57,196 nucleotides of DNA, taken from Acetobacteraceae bacterium (GTDB taxonomy: Bacteria > Pseudomonadota > Alphaproteobacteria > Acetobacterales > Acetobacteraceae). Positions 1 through 9,533 of this stretch are shown in pieces. The translations under genes and the position numbers were made by a program. The notes under the pieces were generated by a model that was given only the letters and a program-made list of their open reading frames with translations, was not told the origin of the DNA and searched no databases. The stretch is taken from contig JANWXJ010000255.1 of assembly GCA_025055335.1 (NCBI GenBank), positions 1 through 57,196 of the forward strand, given 5' to 3'. The stretch's first letter is position 1. Each line of letters begins with the position of its first letter.

Positions 1-1250
1 CCGCCGGCGGCACGCTCCTCCCGCCGGGCGCCGTCGCGCGCTGGCCGCAACGGCATGGCATCCTGCGGCCGCCGGCCGCGGCCCTGGCGCTGCAGGATCG
101 GCCGTGGCGCGCCGGGCGGTTCCGTGCGGCGGTCGGTCGCCGGGATCTGCTGGCGGATCAGCCTCTCGATGTCGCGCAGGAAGGGCACCTCATCCCCGTC
201 GCAGAGCGAGATGGCGATCCCCTCCGCCCCCGCCCGCGCCGTGCGGCCGATGCGGTGGACATAGGTTTCCGGAACATTCGGGAGGTCGTAGTTCACCACA
301 TGCGACACGCCGGAGACGTCGATCCCCCGCGCGGCGATGTCGGTGGCGACCAGGATCGGCGCCTTTCCCTCGCGGAAGGCGGCAAGCGCCCGTTCGCGCT
401 GCCCCTGGCTCTTGTTGCCGTGGATCGCGCCGGCGGCGATGCCGGCGCGCTCGAGGTCCCGCACCACCTTGTCGGCGCCGTGCTTCGTGCGGGTGAAGAC
501 CAGCGCGCGGGAGGGCTTCTCCTCGGTCAGCAGCTCCACCAGCGCGGCCGGCTTCGCGCCGCGGTCCACGTGGATCAGGCGCTGTTCGATGCGGTCGGCC
601 GTCTTCGCCACGGGGGTCACGGCCACACGCGCCGGATCCCGCAGCAGGGTGGCCGACAGTTCGGCGATCGCCTCCGGCATGGTGGCCGAGAACAGCAGCG
701 TCTGCCGCTTCGGCGGCGTCCTGGCGATGATGCGCTTCACGTCGGGCAGGAAGCCCAAGTCGAGCATCTGGTCCGCCTCGTCGAGCACCAGCGCTTCCAC
801 CTGGTCGAGCCGCGCCGCGCCTTCGGCCACAAGGTCGAGCAGCCGGCCCGGTGTGGCGATCAGCACATCCACGCCGCTGGTCAGCGCCCGCAGCTGCCGG
901 CCCATGGGGACGCCGCCGATGAGGAGCGCCGTCGTCACGCGCAGGCGCTTGCCGTAGCTGCGGATGCTCTGCTCGATCTGGGCGGCGAGCTCGCGCGTCG
1001 GGCTCAGCACAAGCATGCGGGCGGCGCGGCGTTCCGGCCGGCGCGGCGCCTCTGCCAGCCGGTGCAGCAGCGGCAGGGAGAAGGCGGCCGTCTTGCCCGT
1101 GCCGGTCTGGGCGATGCCGACGATGTCGCGGCCGGCCATCGCGAGCGGGATGGTCTGCGCCTGGATCGGGGTCGGGGTGTCGTAGCCCGCCTCGCGGAGG
1201 GCGGAGAGGATGGGTTCGGCCAGGCCGAAGGTGGAGAACTCGGTCATCAT
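1..1250 (-). CDS. DEAD-box ATP-dependent RNA helicase (RhlE-like); C-terminus runs off the left edge
   Basis: Absent from the ORF track because it has no stop inside the window. Translating the minus strand from ATG 1250..1248 gives MMTEFSTFGL..., Walker A AQTGTGKT (1089-1112), DEAD (771-782), SAT (~676-684) and HRIGRTAR (~238-261). Track ORFs 190..1386(-) and 255..1328(+) are off-frame or antisense to it. Confidence 0.88.
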   Translation of the reverse strand, partial: MMTEFSTFGLAEPILSALREAGYDTPTPIQAQTIPLAMAGRDIVGIAQTGTGKTAAFSLPLLHRLAEAPRRPERRAARMLVLSPTRELAAQIEQSIRSYGKRLRVTTALLIGGVPMGRQLRALTSGVDVLIATPGRLLDLVAEGAARLDQVEALVLDEADQMLDLGFLPDVKRIIARTPPKRQTLLFSATMPEAIAELSATLLRDPARVAVTPVAKTADRIEQRLIHVDRGAKPAALVELLTEEKPSRALVFTRTKHGADKVVRDLERAGIAAGAIHGNKSQGQRERALAAFREGKAPILVATDIAARGIDVSGVSHVVNYDLPNVPETYVHRIGRTARAGAEGIAISLCDGDEVPFLRDIERLIRQQIPATDRRTEPPGAPRPILQRQGRGRRPQDAMPLRPARDGARREERAAG

Positions 1251-1494
1251 TCGCCTTTCGGGCGCCTGTTGCCGGCGCCCGGGCGCAGCCCGGGAACGCG
1301 GCGGGGGTTGTGCCAACACCCCGCGTGAAAAGGGCTGTCTGCGACGGAAGCGGGGGAGGTGCAGGCGCCCGGAGGGCGCCACTCACGCGACCTGGATCGC
1401 CCGGACCACCGGGCGCCCCTTCGCTGTATGCCGCGCCGGCGGCCCGCGCGCAACGGCCGCCGCCTGCGCCCGGCGCGCGGCTGCCCCGCGCCCC

Positions 1495-1950
1495 TCAGGG
1501 ATGCCCGCCGCCGATCACCGCCCGGATGGCGAAGGAGGAGCGCAGCCGCGCCACCCCTGGCAGGCGAGAGAGGCGCTCCTTGTGCAGCCGCTCGTACTCG
1601 GCCGGGCCGCCCGTCTCGACGCGCAGCACATAGTCCGGGTCGCCCGCCATCAGCAGGCAGTCGCGCACCTCCGGCACGCGGCGCACCGCCTCCTCGAAGC
1701 GGCGGAGATACTCGTCCGACTGGCGTTCGAGGCTGATCTGCACGAGCACGATGGAGCGCCCGGCCGGGGCGGGTTCATCGACCAGCACCGTGTAGCCGCG
1801 GATGACGCCGCGTTCCTCGAGCCTGCGCACCCGCCTCAGGCAGGCGGATTGCGAAAGCCCGACCGCTGCGGCCAGCGCCGCGTTGGTGATCCGGGCATCC
1901 TCCCGCAGCAGGGCGAGGATTCGGTCGTCAAGCGGATCCTGCGTCGGCAT
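1495..1950 (-). CDS. Lrp/AsnC-family transcriptional regulator
   Basis: C-terminal 151 aa of track ORF 1495..2064. MPTQDPLDDRILALLREDARITNAALAAAVGLSQSACLRRVRRLEERGVI is a typical Lrp HTH, followed by an RAM/AsnC_trans_reg domain. I chose ATG 1950 because upstream residues are Arg/Gly/Cys-rich junk. Divergent from dadA, a classical arrangement. Confidence 0.85.
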   Translation of the reverse strand: MPTQDPLDDRILALLREDARITNAALAAAVGLSQSACLRRVRRLEERGVIRGYTVLVDEPAPAGRSIVLVQISLERQSDEYLRRFEEAVRRVPEVRDCLLMAGDPDYVLRVETGGPAEYERLHKERLSRLPGVARLRSSFAIRAVIGGGHP

Positions 1951-2007
1951 GGGGCATCCCGGCATGAAGCATCCTGCGCAAGATCCTGCGACTCGGCCGC
2001 AGGATCT
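1935..2007. promoter_or_regulatory. Operator-like cluster: four copies of ATCCTGCG, including a perfect 10-bp inverted repeat
   Basis: AGATCCTGCG (1981-1990), 7-nt spacer, CGCAGGATCT (1998-2007). Further direct copies of ATCCTGCG lie at 1971-1978 and 1936-1943. All sit in or next to the lrp-dadA divergent intergenic region. Confidence 0.45.
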
Positions 2008-2107
2008 GCCACGCGTCCAGGGTAGCGCGGCAGGCCCCGCCGCACAGCGGCGAGTCCCGCCCACGCGGCCGCGCTAAGGTCCGCCCATCCGGAGGGAGCG
2101 GGCACAG

Positions 2108-3364
2108 ATGCGGGTCGTCATTCTCGGCGCGGGCGTGGTCGGCGTGTCCACCGCCTGGCATTGCGTGCGGGCTGGCCATGAGGTGACGGTGGTGGACCGC
2201 CAGCCCGGCGCGGGGCTCGAGACCTCGTTCGCCAATGCGGGCCAGCTCTCCTACGGCTTCGCCGCGCCCTGGGCCGCGCCGGGCATGCCGCTCAAGGCGC
2301 TCAAGTGGCTCATGATGAAGCACCGGCCGCTCGTGCTCTGGCCGCGGCCGGATCCGGCCATGCTCGGCTGGCTCTGGCGCATGCTCGGCAACTGCACGGC
2401 CGAGGCCTTCGCCCGCAACCGCGCCCGCATGCTGCGGCTGGCCGAGTACAGCAGGCGGGCGATGGCGAGCCTCCGGCAGGAGACGGGCATCGCCTATGAC
2501 GGGCGCAGCCGCGGCACGCTGCAGCTGTTCCGCAAGCCGGAGCAGCTCGAGGAGGCCGCGCGCGGATCGGCCGCCCTCGCCGCCCTCGGGCTCGAGCACC
2601 GCCTGCTCGACGCCGAGGGCTGCATCGCCGCCGAACCCGCGCTTGCCCTGGTGCGCGAGCGGATCGCCGGCGGCCTCTCCATGCCCGGCGACGAGACCGG
2701 GGATGCGCATCTGTTCACCCGGCGGCTGGCGGAGCTTGCGGCAGACGCCGGCGCGACCTTCCGCTACGGCACGCCGGTTGCCGGCATCGTCACCGAGGGC
2801 GGCCGCGCGGTCGGCGTGGCGACGGGGCAGGGCACGCTCCGCGCCGATGCGGTGGTGGTCGCCGCCGGCAGCTACTCGACGGCGCTGCTCGCGCCGCTCG
2901 GCGTTGTAATCCCCGTCTATCCGGTCAAGGGCTATTCGCTGACGGTGCCGATCGAGGACGAGGCCTTCGCCCCCGTCTCCACCGTGATGGACGAGACGTA
3001 CAAGGTCGGCATCACGCGGCTCGGGGACCGCATCCGCATCGGCGGCACGGCGGAACTGGCGGGCTTCTCGCTCCGGCTGCGCGCGCCGCGCCGCGCCACG
3101 CTGGAAGCCGCGCTCACCACCCTGTTCCCGCGCGGGGGCGATGCGGCGAAGGGCGTGTTCTGGACCGGCCTGAGGCCGATGACGCCGGACGGCACGCCGA
3201 TCGTCGGCGCCACACCCGTCCCTGGCCTTTTCGTCAATACCGGCCACGGCACGCTCGGGTGGACGATGGCGGCAGGGTCGGGGCGGCTGCTCGCCGACCT
3301 GATCTCGGGCCGGGAGCCGGAGATCGCGGCCGGGGATCTGTCGGTTTCGCGCTACGCCGCCTGA
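2108..3364 (+). CDS. dadA: D-amino acid dehydrogenase small subunit
   Basis: [20 protein letters not shown]-binding GxGxxG N-terminus, then [12 protein letters not shown] and full-length DadA-like sequence (418 aa). GGAGGGA Shine-Dalgarno (SD) at 2091-2097. Confidence 0.9.
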   Translation: MRVVILGAGVVGVSTAWHCVRAGHEVTVVDRQPGAGLETSFANAGQLSYGFAAPWAAPGMPLKALKWLMMKHRPLVLWPRPDPAMLGWLWRMLGNCTAEAFARNRARMLRLAEYSRRAMASLRQETGIAYDGRSRGTLQLFRKPEQLEEAARGSAALAALGLEHRLLDAEGCIAAEPALALVRERIAGGLSMPGDETGDAHLFTRRLAELAADAGATFRYGTPVAGIVTEGGRAVGVATGQGTLRADAVVVAAGSYSTALLAPLGVVIPVYPVKGYSLTVPIEDEAFAPVSTVMDETYKVGITRLGDRIRIGGTAELAGFSLRLRAPRRATLEAALTTLFPRGGDAAKGVFWTGLRPMTPDGTPIVGATPVPGLFVNTGHGTLGWTMAAGSGRLLADLISGREPEIAAGDLSVSRYAA

Positions 3365-5226
3365 CCGCGGGCGCTACGACGCCGCGCCAGGATCTGCGCC
3401 GCCGCGACCAGCCCCGCAAGCCCGAGGCCGATCAGGTCGGTGATCGCTCCCGGCTGGATCAGCGACAGGGCGGCGGCGAACAGCACCGCGCGCTGCCACA
3501 GGCCCGCCGGGCCGAACAGCCAGCCATGGAGGGCGGCCGCAAGCAGCGTGGCGCCGAGGAAGGCAGAGGCCGCGGCGTGCAGGCTCTGCGTCAGCGGCCC
3601 GATCAGCAGCAGAGACGGCTCGAAGACGAACATGAACGGCACGATGAAGCCGGCCGCCCCGATCTTCACCGCCGCCCAGCCCGATTCCCACAAATCGGAT
3701 TTCGCGAGCCCCGCCGCGGCGAACACGGCAAGCGCCACGGGCGGCGTGATGGCGGATAGGATCGCGAAGTAGAAGGCGAACATGTGCGCCGCCGGCGGCT
3801 CGACGCCGAGGCGGATGATCGCCGGCACGAGAAGCGAGACCATGACGATGTAGGCGGGCGTCGTCGGCATCCCCATGCCGAGGATGATGCCGGCCGCCAT
3901 CGTCAGCAGCAGCGCGAGCAGCAGGCTGGAGCCCGAGATGTTGACGACGAGCTGCGTAAACACGATGCCCACCCCGGTCAGCGCGATCAGGCCGATGACG
4001 ATGCCGGCGCAGGCGCAGGCCATCGCGACGCCGATCGCCCCCCTCGCCCCCTCCACCAGCGCGTCCCACAGGTTGCCGAGGGTGACGTGCCGGCGCGTCG
4101 TGCGCCGGAGGAACGCCACCGGGAAGCACAGCGCGGTGCCGACGAGCGCGGCGTAGGGCGCCGAATAGCCGGCCGCCAGCATCGCGAGGATGGCGGCAAC
4201 CGGCAGGAACAGGTGCCCGTTCTCGGCCAGCACGCGGGAGAGCTTCGGCACCTCCTGCTCCGGCAGCCCGGCGAGGCCGCGGCGCTTGGCCTCGAAATGC
4301 ACCGCCATGAAGGTGGCGGCGTAGAACAGGATGGCCGGGATCAGCGCCCATCCGAGCACCGTGAGGTAGGAGACCTGCAGGAACTCCGCCATCACGAAAG
4401 CCGCCGCCCCCATGATGGGTGGCATGAGCTGCCCGCCTGTGGAGGCGACCGATTCCACCCCCGCCGCGAAGGGCGGGCGGAAGCCCGTGCGCTTCATCAG
4501 CGGGATGGTCACCTGCCCCGTCACCATCACGTTCGCGACCGCACTCCCCGAGACGGTGCCGAAGAGAGAGGAGGAGACGACCGCCACCTTCCCCGGGCCG
4601 CCGGCGCTGCGGCCCGTCAGCGCCAGCGCGAACTCCATGAACAGGCGGCCGGTGCCGGAGCGCTCCATGAACGCCCCGAACAGCACGAACACCACGACGA
4701 AGGAGGCCGACACCGCGAGCGTGGAGCCGAACACGCCTTCGGTGGTGAGGAAGAGCTGGTCCACCACCTGCCCCCAGGTGACGGAGGTGAAGCCGAACGT
4801 GTAGACGAGGAAGGCGATCGCCGTCAGCGGCAGCGCCCAGCCGATCGCCCGCCGCGTGCCCTCGAGCACGAACAGCACGCAGAGCACCGCCATGACCTGG
4901 TCCCAGAAGGTGGGATCGTCCACGTAGATCATGCGGTTGACGAGGTAGTCGTAGTTCCAGAACAGGTAGGCGATCGGCAGCGCTCCGAGGGCGGCGAACA
5001 GCCAGTCGGAGGCGGAGGGCAGCCCGTCGGCGCGGCGGAGCGGCCAGCCGCCGATGGTGAGGAACACGAGGAGGAGCGCGAAGAGCAGATGGGTCGCGCG
5101 GAAGATCACCGCCTCCGGCGGGCCTACGACGATGACCCAGACGTGATAGGCCGACATGGCGACGGCAAGCGCCGCCACGCCGCCGCGGATGATCCGCGGC
5201 GCAACCCCGCCTTCCGCACCCCGCAT
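3352..5226 (-). CDS. TRAP transporter fused permease (TAXI-type 4TM/12TM fusion)
   Basis: 624-aa polytopic membrane protein with normal hydrophobic composition. It lies 4 nt downstream of a TAXI-type binding protein gene. Its 3' end overlaps dadA convergently by 13 nt. Confidence 0.85.
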   Translation of the reverse strand: MRGAEGGVAPRIIRGGVAALAVAMSAYHVWVIVVGPPEAVIFRATHLLFALLLVFLTIGGWPLRRADGLPSASDWLFAALGALPIAYLFWNYDYLVNRMIYVDDPTFWDQVMAVLCVLFVLEGTRRAIGWALPLTAIAFLVYTFGFTSVTWGQVVDQLFLTTEGVFGSTLAVSASFVVVFVLFGAFMERSGTGRLFMEFALALTGRSAGGPGKVAVVSSSLFGTVSGSAVANVMVTGQVTIPLMKRTGFRPPFAAGVESVASTGGQLMPPIMGAAAFVMAEFLQVSYLTVLGWALIPAILFYAATFMAVHFEAKRRGLAGLPEQEVPKLSRVLAENGHLFLPVAAILAMLAAGYSAPYAALVGTALCFPVAFLRRTTRRHVTLGNLWDALVEGARGAIGVAMACACAGIVIGLIALTGVGIVFTQLVVNISGSSLLLALLLTMAAGIILGMGMPTTPAYIVMVSLLVPAIIRLGVEPPAAHMFAFYFAILSAITPPVALAVFAAAGLAKSDLWESGWAAVKIGAAGFIVPFMFVFEPSLLLIGPLTQSLHAAASAFLGATLLAAALHGWLFGPAGLWQRAVLFAAALSLIQPGAITDLIGLGLAGLVAAAQILARRRSARGQAA

Positions 5227-5230
5227 CGGC

Positions 5231-6163
5231 TCACATCGCGCCGATCGAGCGGAAGTAGCGCGCCGCCCCAGGGTGCAGCGGCACGCCGATGTCGGCCGCC
5301 ATGTCGCGCGGCGTGGTGCGCGCGAGGTCTCGCGTGACGTTGGCCAGTTCCGCGAGGTTCCGGTGCAGCAGCTCCACCATGCGGAACACCCGCTCCTCCG
5401 GCTGGTCGCAGCGCACGATCAGGTGCGTGGCGTAGCCGATCGTCGTCACGTCCTGCGTCTGGCCGGGATAGGTGTTGGCCGGGATCGTCACGCCGACATA
5501 GCCCGGGTTGATCCGCCGCATCGGTTCGATCGAATCCCGCAGATCCAGGATGGTGATCCGCCGCGCCGAGCCGAGATCCATCACCGAGGAGGCCGGGATG
5601 GCGGTGCCGAGGGTGAACACCTGCGCCTGCCCGTCGCGCAGCATGGACACCGCATCGTTGTAGGAGGCCTGGAAGGAGGCGCGGATGTCGCTGTAGGAGA
5701 GGCCGTGCGCGCGCAGCCAGTGCTGCGTCACCACCTCGGCCGTGTTGCCGCGCGGCTGGATGGCGACACCCCGCCCGCGCAGGTCGGCGGCGGTGCGGAT
5801 GTTCGCCTCCGCCAGCGCCACCACCTGGAAATACTGCGGATAGAGAGAGGCGAGGTTGCACACCTGCGTCGTCGCGCGCGGGAAGGGCGGATTGCCCTGC
5901 ACCCCGTCCACGGTCGAGATGGTGTTGCCGAAGCCGATCTCGGCCCGCCCCTCGTCCAGCGCGCGCACATTGGCGATCCCGGCGCCGGGCAGGTTCTGGA
6001 AGGTGATCCCGGGGATGCTCTGCTCCCACAGGTTCTTGAGAGCGCCGCCGAGCGGCACCCACACCCCGCCCTGCGGGCCGGTCATGAAGCGGAGGGTCTG
6101 CGCCTCGGCGGGCACCGCCGCGAAGGGCAGGCAGAGGGCGGACGCAAGCAGCAGCGCGCGCAT
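5231..6163 (-). CDS. TAXI-family TRAP transporter solute-binding protein
   Basis: Last 310 aa of track ORF 5231..6754. MRALLLASALCLPFAAVPAEAQ signal peptide, then TLRFMTGPQGGVWVPLGGAL..., typical of TAXI receptors. ATG at 6163 is preceded by GGAGGA. The upstream part of the ORF is Arg/Pro/Gly junk. Confidence 0.85.
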   Translation of the reverse strand: MRALLLASALCLPFAAVPAEAQTLRFMTGPQGGVWVPLGGALKNLWEQSIPGITFQNLPGAGIANVRALDEGRAEIGFGNTISTVDGVQGNPPFPRATTQVCNLASLYPQYFQVVALAEANIRTAADLRGRGVAIQPRGNTAEVVTQHWLRAHGLSYSDIRASFQASYNDAVSMLRDGQAQVFTLGTAIPASSVMDLGSARRITILDLRDSIEPMRRINPGYVGVTIPANTYPGQTQDVTTIGYATHLIVRCDQPEERVFRMVELLHRNLAELANVTRDLARTTPRDMAADIGVPLHPGAARYFRSIGAM

Positions 6164-6264
6164 CGGTGATCCTCCCGGTATTCTGGTTCCTGGACGGGCG
6201 CAGTCTGGCCCGCGCGCGGCGGCGCGGCAACCCGGGCGGTGACGGGGCGGGCGGATGGTGCCAC

Positions 6265-8592
6265 ATGCGCCGCATGCGCCACCTGTTCCGCCTGCTGCGC
6301 CGGGGCTTGGCCGGGCTGGCCGGGCTCGTGCTGCTGCTGTCCGCCCTGCTCGCCGCGGCGCTGTGGGCGACGCTTCCGGCGGAGGAGGAGGAGGCGGCGA
6401 TCCCGGGCCTCTTCGCCCCCGTCGCGATCGGTCTCGACTCCCACGGGATCCCCCGCATCCTCGCGGCAAGCGAGGCCGATGCCGCCCGCGCCCTCGGCTG
6501 GCTGCACGCGCGGGACCGCATGTTCCAGATGGAGATGATGCGCCGCGGCGGCGCCGGGCGTCTGGCCGAGATCCTCGGCCCCTCGGCGCTGCGGCTCGAC
6601 CGCTTCGTCCGCACCCTCGGCCTCGCCCGCGCGGCCGAGGCGGATCTCGCCGCCCTGCCCGGGGAGGTGCGCGCGATCCTCGAGGCCTACGCAGAGGGCG
6701 TGAACGCCCGAATCGCCGCCCGCGGCCGGTGGATCGCGCCGGAGTTCCTCGCACTCGGCCCGCCCGAGCCCTGGCGGCCGGCCGACAGCCTGCTGTGGGG
6801 CAAGGTGATGGGCCTGTGGCTTTCCGCCAACTGGCGGGAGGAGCTGGAACGCGCCCGCCTTGCCGCGCTGCTGCCGCCCGAGCGGATCGCCGAGCTCTGG
6901 CCCGAGGATGCCAGCGCCGGGCGGCCGGACGGCGGGGCCTCGCTCGATCCGGCGCGGGTGGCGGCGCTGCTTTCGGCCCTGCCCCGCTTCCCCGAGGACG
7001 GGACGCTGCCGCCCTCGGCCTCCAACGCCTGGGCGCTCGCGCCGTCCCGCTCGGCCAGCGGCGGGGCGCTGCTCGCCTCCGATCCGCATCTCGGCTTCTC
7101 GGCGCCGATCCTGTGGTATCTCGCGCGCATCGAGCTGCCGGGCGGGCGGTTCCTCGCCGGCGCCACCGCGCCCGGCGTGCCGATGGTGGTGATCGGCCGG
7201 AACGAGCGCCTCGCCTGGGGCTTCACCACCACCCACGCCGACACGCAGGACGTGGTGGTGGAGCGCCTCGCCGGCCCCAACACCTACGAGACGGAGGACG
7301 GCCCCCGCCCCTTCGCCCTGCGCGAGGAGCGGATCCGCGTCCGCTTCGGCGCCGAGGAGGTGCTTCGGGTGCGCGAGACCCGCCACGGCCCGGTGGTGAG
7401 CGACCTCGAGCCCGGCGCGCCGGCGGGCAGCGTGCTGGCGGTGGCGATGACGGTGCTTGCACCCAACGATACCGCCGCCGCGGGGCTCTTCGCGCTCAAC
7501 CGCGCCCGCAGCATCGCCGAGGCGCGGGCGGCGGCGGCGCTGATCTCCGCACCCTCGCAGAACCTCGTGGTGGCCGACGCCGAGGGCGGCATCGCCCTCT
7601 ACATCGGCGGACGCATCCCGCTGCGGCGCACGGGCGACGGCGCCTGGCCCGCCAAAGGCGCGGCCGGCCCCGTCTGGCGCGGCTTCCTGCCCTTCGACGC
7701 CCTGCCGCATGTGGAGAACCCGGCAAGCGGCCTCGTGCTCAACGCCAACAACCGCGTGGTGCCGCCCGGGCATCCGGCCTTCCTCGGCCGCGACTGGCAC
7801 GGGGACTGGCGCTTCCGCCGCATCCTCGAGCTGCTTCCCGGCGCCGACACGCCGGCGGCGCAGGCGGGAATCCAGGCGGATGCCGTCAGCCTGCTCGCAC
7901 GAGAGCTGCTGCCGCTGCTGCGCCGGCTGCCGCGCCCCGCCGGCACGGCCGGCGAGGCCTTCGACCTGCTCTCCGCCTGGCAGGGGGAGATGGCGGCCGG
8001 CCTGCCGCAGCCGCTCGTCTTCCATGCGTGGCTTTCCGCACTCGGGCGCGCGGCGCTCGAGGCGGGCGGCGTGCCGCCTGGGGCTGCCCCGGCGCGGCCG
8101 GAGTTCCTGCGCCATGTGTTCGCCGAGGGGCGGGGCGCGCACTGGTGCGGCGAGCAGGGCTGCGAGGCGCTCGCCGCCCGCGCCTTCGCGGAAGGCGTGG
8201 CGTCGCTCGCCGCGCGCTTCGGCGCCGACCCCGCGCGCTGGCGCTGGGGCGATGCCCATCGCGCCCGCTTCCTCCACCCGCTGCTGCGGTTCGTGCCCAT
8301 CCTCGGCCCCTGGCTCGGGGCGGAGGTGCCGACGCCGGGCGACGGCCAGACGGTCAACCGCGGCGGCATGGCGGCGGATTTCTCCCACATCCACGGCCCG
8401 GGGCTCCGGCTGGTGGCCGATCTCTCCTCGCCCGACGGGCTGTGGGCGATCATCGCCACCGGCCAGTCGGGGCACCCGATGTCGCGCCACTGGCTCGACC
8501 TGACCGGGCGCTGGGCGGCGGGCGGGCTGCTGCAGCTCGGCGCGGCGGCCGATCATGAGGCGGGGAGCATCCTCCTACTGCCGCCGCGCTGA
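6265..8592 (+). CDS. Penicillin acylase family Ntn-hydrolase (possible acyl-homoserine lactone acylase)
   Basis: N-terminal membrane/signal segment. WLHARDRMFQMEMMRR alpha-subunit motif and SNAWA beta-subunit nucleophile context (PPSASNAWALAP...LLASDPHL). Start set at ATG 6265 (alternatives GTG 6166, ATG 6274). Confidence 0.85.
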   Translation: MRRMRHLFRLLRRGLAGLAGLVLLLSALLAAALWATLPAEEEEAAIPGLFAPVAIGLDSHGIPRILAASEADAARALGWLHARDRMFQMEMMRRGGAGRLAEILGPSALRLDRFVRTLGLARAAEADLAALPGEVRAILEAYAEGVNARIAARGRWIAPEFLALGPPEPWRPADSLLWGKVMGLWLSANWREELERARLAALLPPERIAELWPEDASAGRPDGGASLDPARVAALLSALPRFPEDGTLPPSASNAWALAPSRSASGGALLASDPHLGFSAPILWYLARIELPGGRFLAGATAPGVPMVVIGRNERLAWGFTTTHADTQDVVVERLAGPNTYETEDGPRPFALREERIRVRFGAEEVLRVRETRHGPVVSDLEPGAPAGSVLAVAMTVLAPNDTAAAGLFALNRARSIAEARAAAALISAPSQNLVVADAEGGIALYIGGRIPLRRTGDGAWPAKGAAGPVWRGFLPFDALPHVENPASGLVLNANNRVVPPGHPAFLGRDWHGDWRFRRILELLPGADTPAAQAGIQADAVSLLARELLPLLRRLPRPAGTAGEAFDLLSAWQGEMAAGLPQPLVFHAWLSALGRAALEAGGVPPGAAPARPEFLRHVFAEGRGAHWCGEQGCEALAARAFAEGVASLAARFGADPARWRWGDAHRARFLHPLLRFVPILGPWLGAEVPTPGDGQTVNRGGMAADFSHIHGPGLRLVADLSSPDGLWAIIATGQSGHPMSRHWLDLTGRWAAGGLLQLGAAADHEAGSILLLPPR

Positions 8593-8635
8593 CCCTCTTG
8601 CGGCGCGCCCGCCGCCGCCGACATGATCGGCCGCG

Positions 8636-9403
8636 ATGCACCGCCCGGCGAAGCGCCCCCAGTTCTTCTACACCACCGCCGCCCTGCCCTGCCCCTATGT
8701 GCCGGGGCGGACGGAGCGCAAGCTGGTGACGGAACTCGGCGGACCGGAGGCCGAGGCGCAGCACGACCGCCTCTCTCGCGCCGGCTTCCGGCGCAGCCAC
8801 AACATCGCCTACGCGCCCGTCTGCCCCGGCTGCAACGCCTGCGTGCCGATCCGCATCCTGGCCGACCGCTTCGCGCCCGACCGCACGCAGCGCAAGATCG
8901 AACGCCTGAACGCCGACCTGTCGGGCCAGGAGACCCCGGCCCGCGCCACCGCCGAACAGTTCGCCCTGTTCCAGCGCTACCAGCAGGCCCGCCACGGCGA
9001 CGGCGACATGGCGGCGATGGGCTTCTACGACTATCGCGCGATGGTGGAGGACACGCCGATCACCACGGCGCTGATCGAGTTCCGCGATGCTTCCGCGCGG
9101 CTTGTCGCCTGCTGCCTGACGGACTGGCTCTCCGACGGGCTTTCGGCCGTCTATTCCTTCTACGATCCGGCGCAGCCGCGCCGCTCGCTCGGCACGGCGG
9201 CCATCCTGTGGCTGGTGCGGCGGGCGCAGCGCGCGGGGCTGCCCTATGTCTATCTCGGCTACTGGGTGCCGGAGAGCCGCAAGATGGCCTACAAGGCCCG
9301 CTTCCGCCCCTCCGAGGTGCTTTCTGGCGGGCAGTGGCGGCCGGCGGAGGAACATGCCGCGGCCGGCGGCTGCGGCGTGCTGCTGCCCGAGAGCGTCGGC
9401 TGA
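8636..9403 (+). CDS. bpt: Arginyl-tRNA-protein transferase family (bacterial Bpt leucyltransferase)
   Basis: PQFFYTTAALPCPYVPGRTERK...CPGCNACVPIRI...SAVYSFYDP...YVYLGYWV...KMAYKARFRP matches the ATE/Bpt family end to end. Confidence 0.88.
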   Translation: MHRPAKRPQFFYTTAALPCPYVPGRTERKLVTELGGPEAEAQHDRLSRAGFRRSHNIAYAPVCPGCNACVPIRILADRFAPDRTQRKIERLNADLSGQETPARATAEQFALFQRYQQARHGDGDMAAMGFYDYRAMVEDTPITTALIEFRDASARLVACCLTDWLSDGLSAVYSFYDPAQPRRSLGTAAILWLVRRAQRAGLPYVYLGYWVPESRKMAYKARFRPSEVLSGGQWRPAEEHAAAGGCGVLLPESVG

Positions 9404-9445
9404 CCCCCTTGCGCGGCGCGCGCGGCGCTGCCATCCATCGAGCGT

Positions 9446-9533
9446 CATTGAGGGGGAGCCCATCCCGGGCTGAGAGGCGCTCACGCGCGACCCCTTGAAC
9501 CTGATCCGGTTAGCACCGGCGTAGGGATCAATG
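9446..9533 (+). promoter_or_regulatory. TPP (THI-box) riboswitch
   Basis: P1 arms CATTGA (9446-9451) / TCAATG (9528-9533). Conserved GGGGAGCC, CTGAGA (9470-9475) and ACCCCTTGAACCTGATCCGGTTAGCACCGGCGTAGGGA. Sits directly upstream of the thiZXY-like ABC genes. Confidence 0.9.

Noticed and set aside
190-1386. 398-aa minus-strand ORF at the left edge
   Set aside because: It is on the same strand as the DEAD-box helicase but in the wrong frame. The true helicase frame is missing from the track because it lacks a stop within the window.
6082-8558. 824-aa minus-strand and 767-aa plus-strand alternative-frame ORFs over the acylase gene
   Set aside because: Only frame 6166/6265..8592 contains the Ntn-hydrolase motifs. 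The others are Arg/Pro/Gly-rich shadows.
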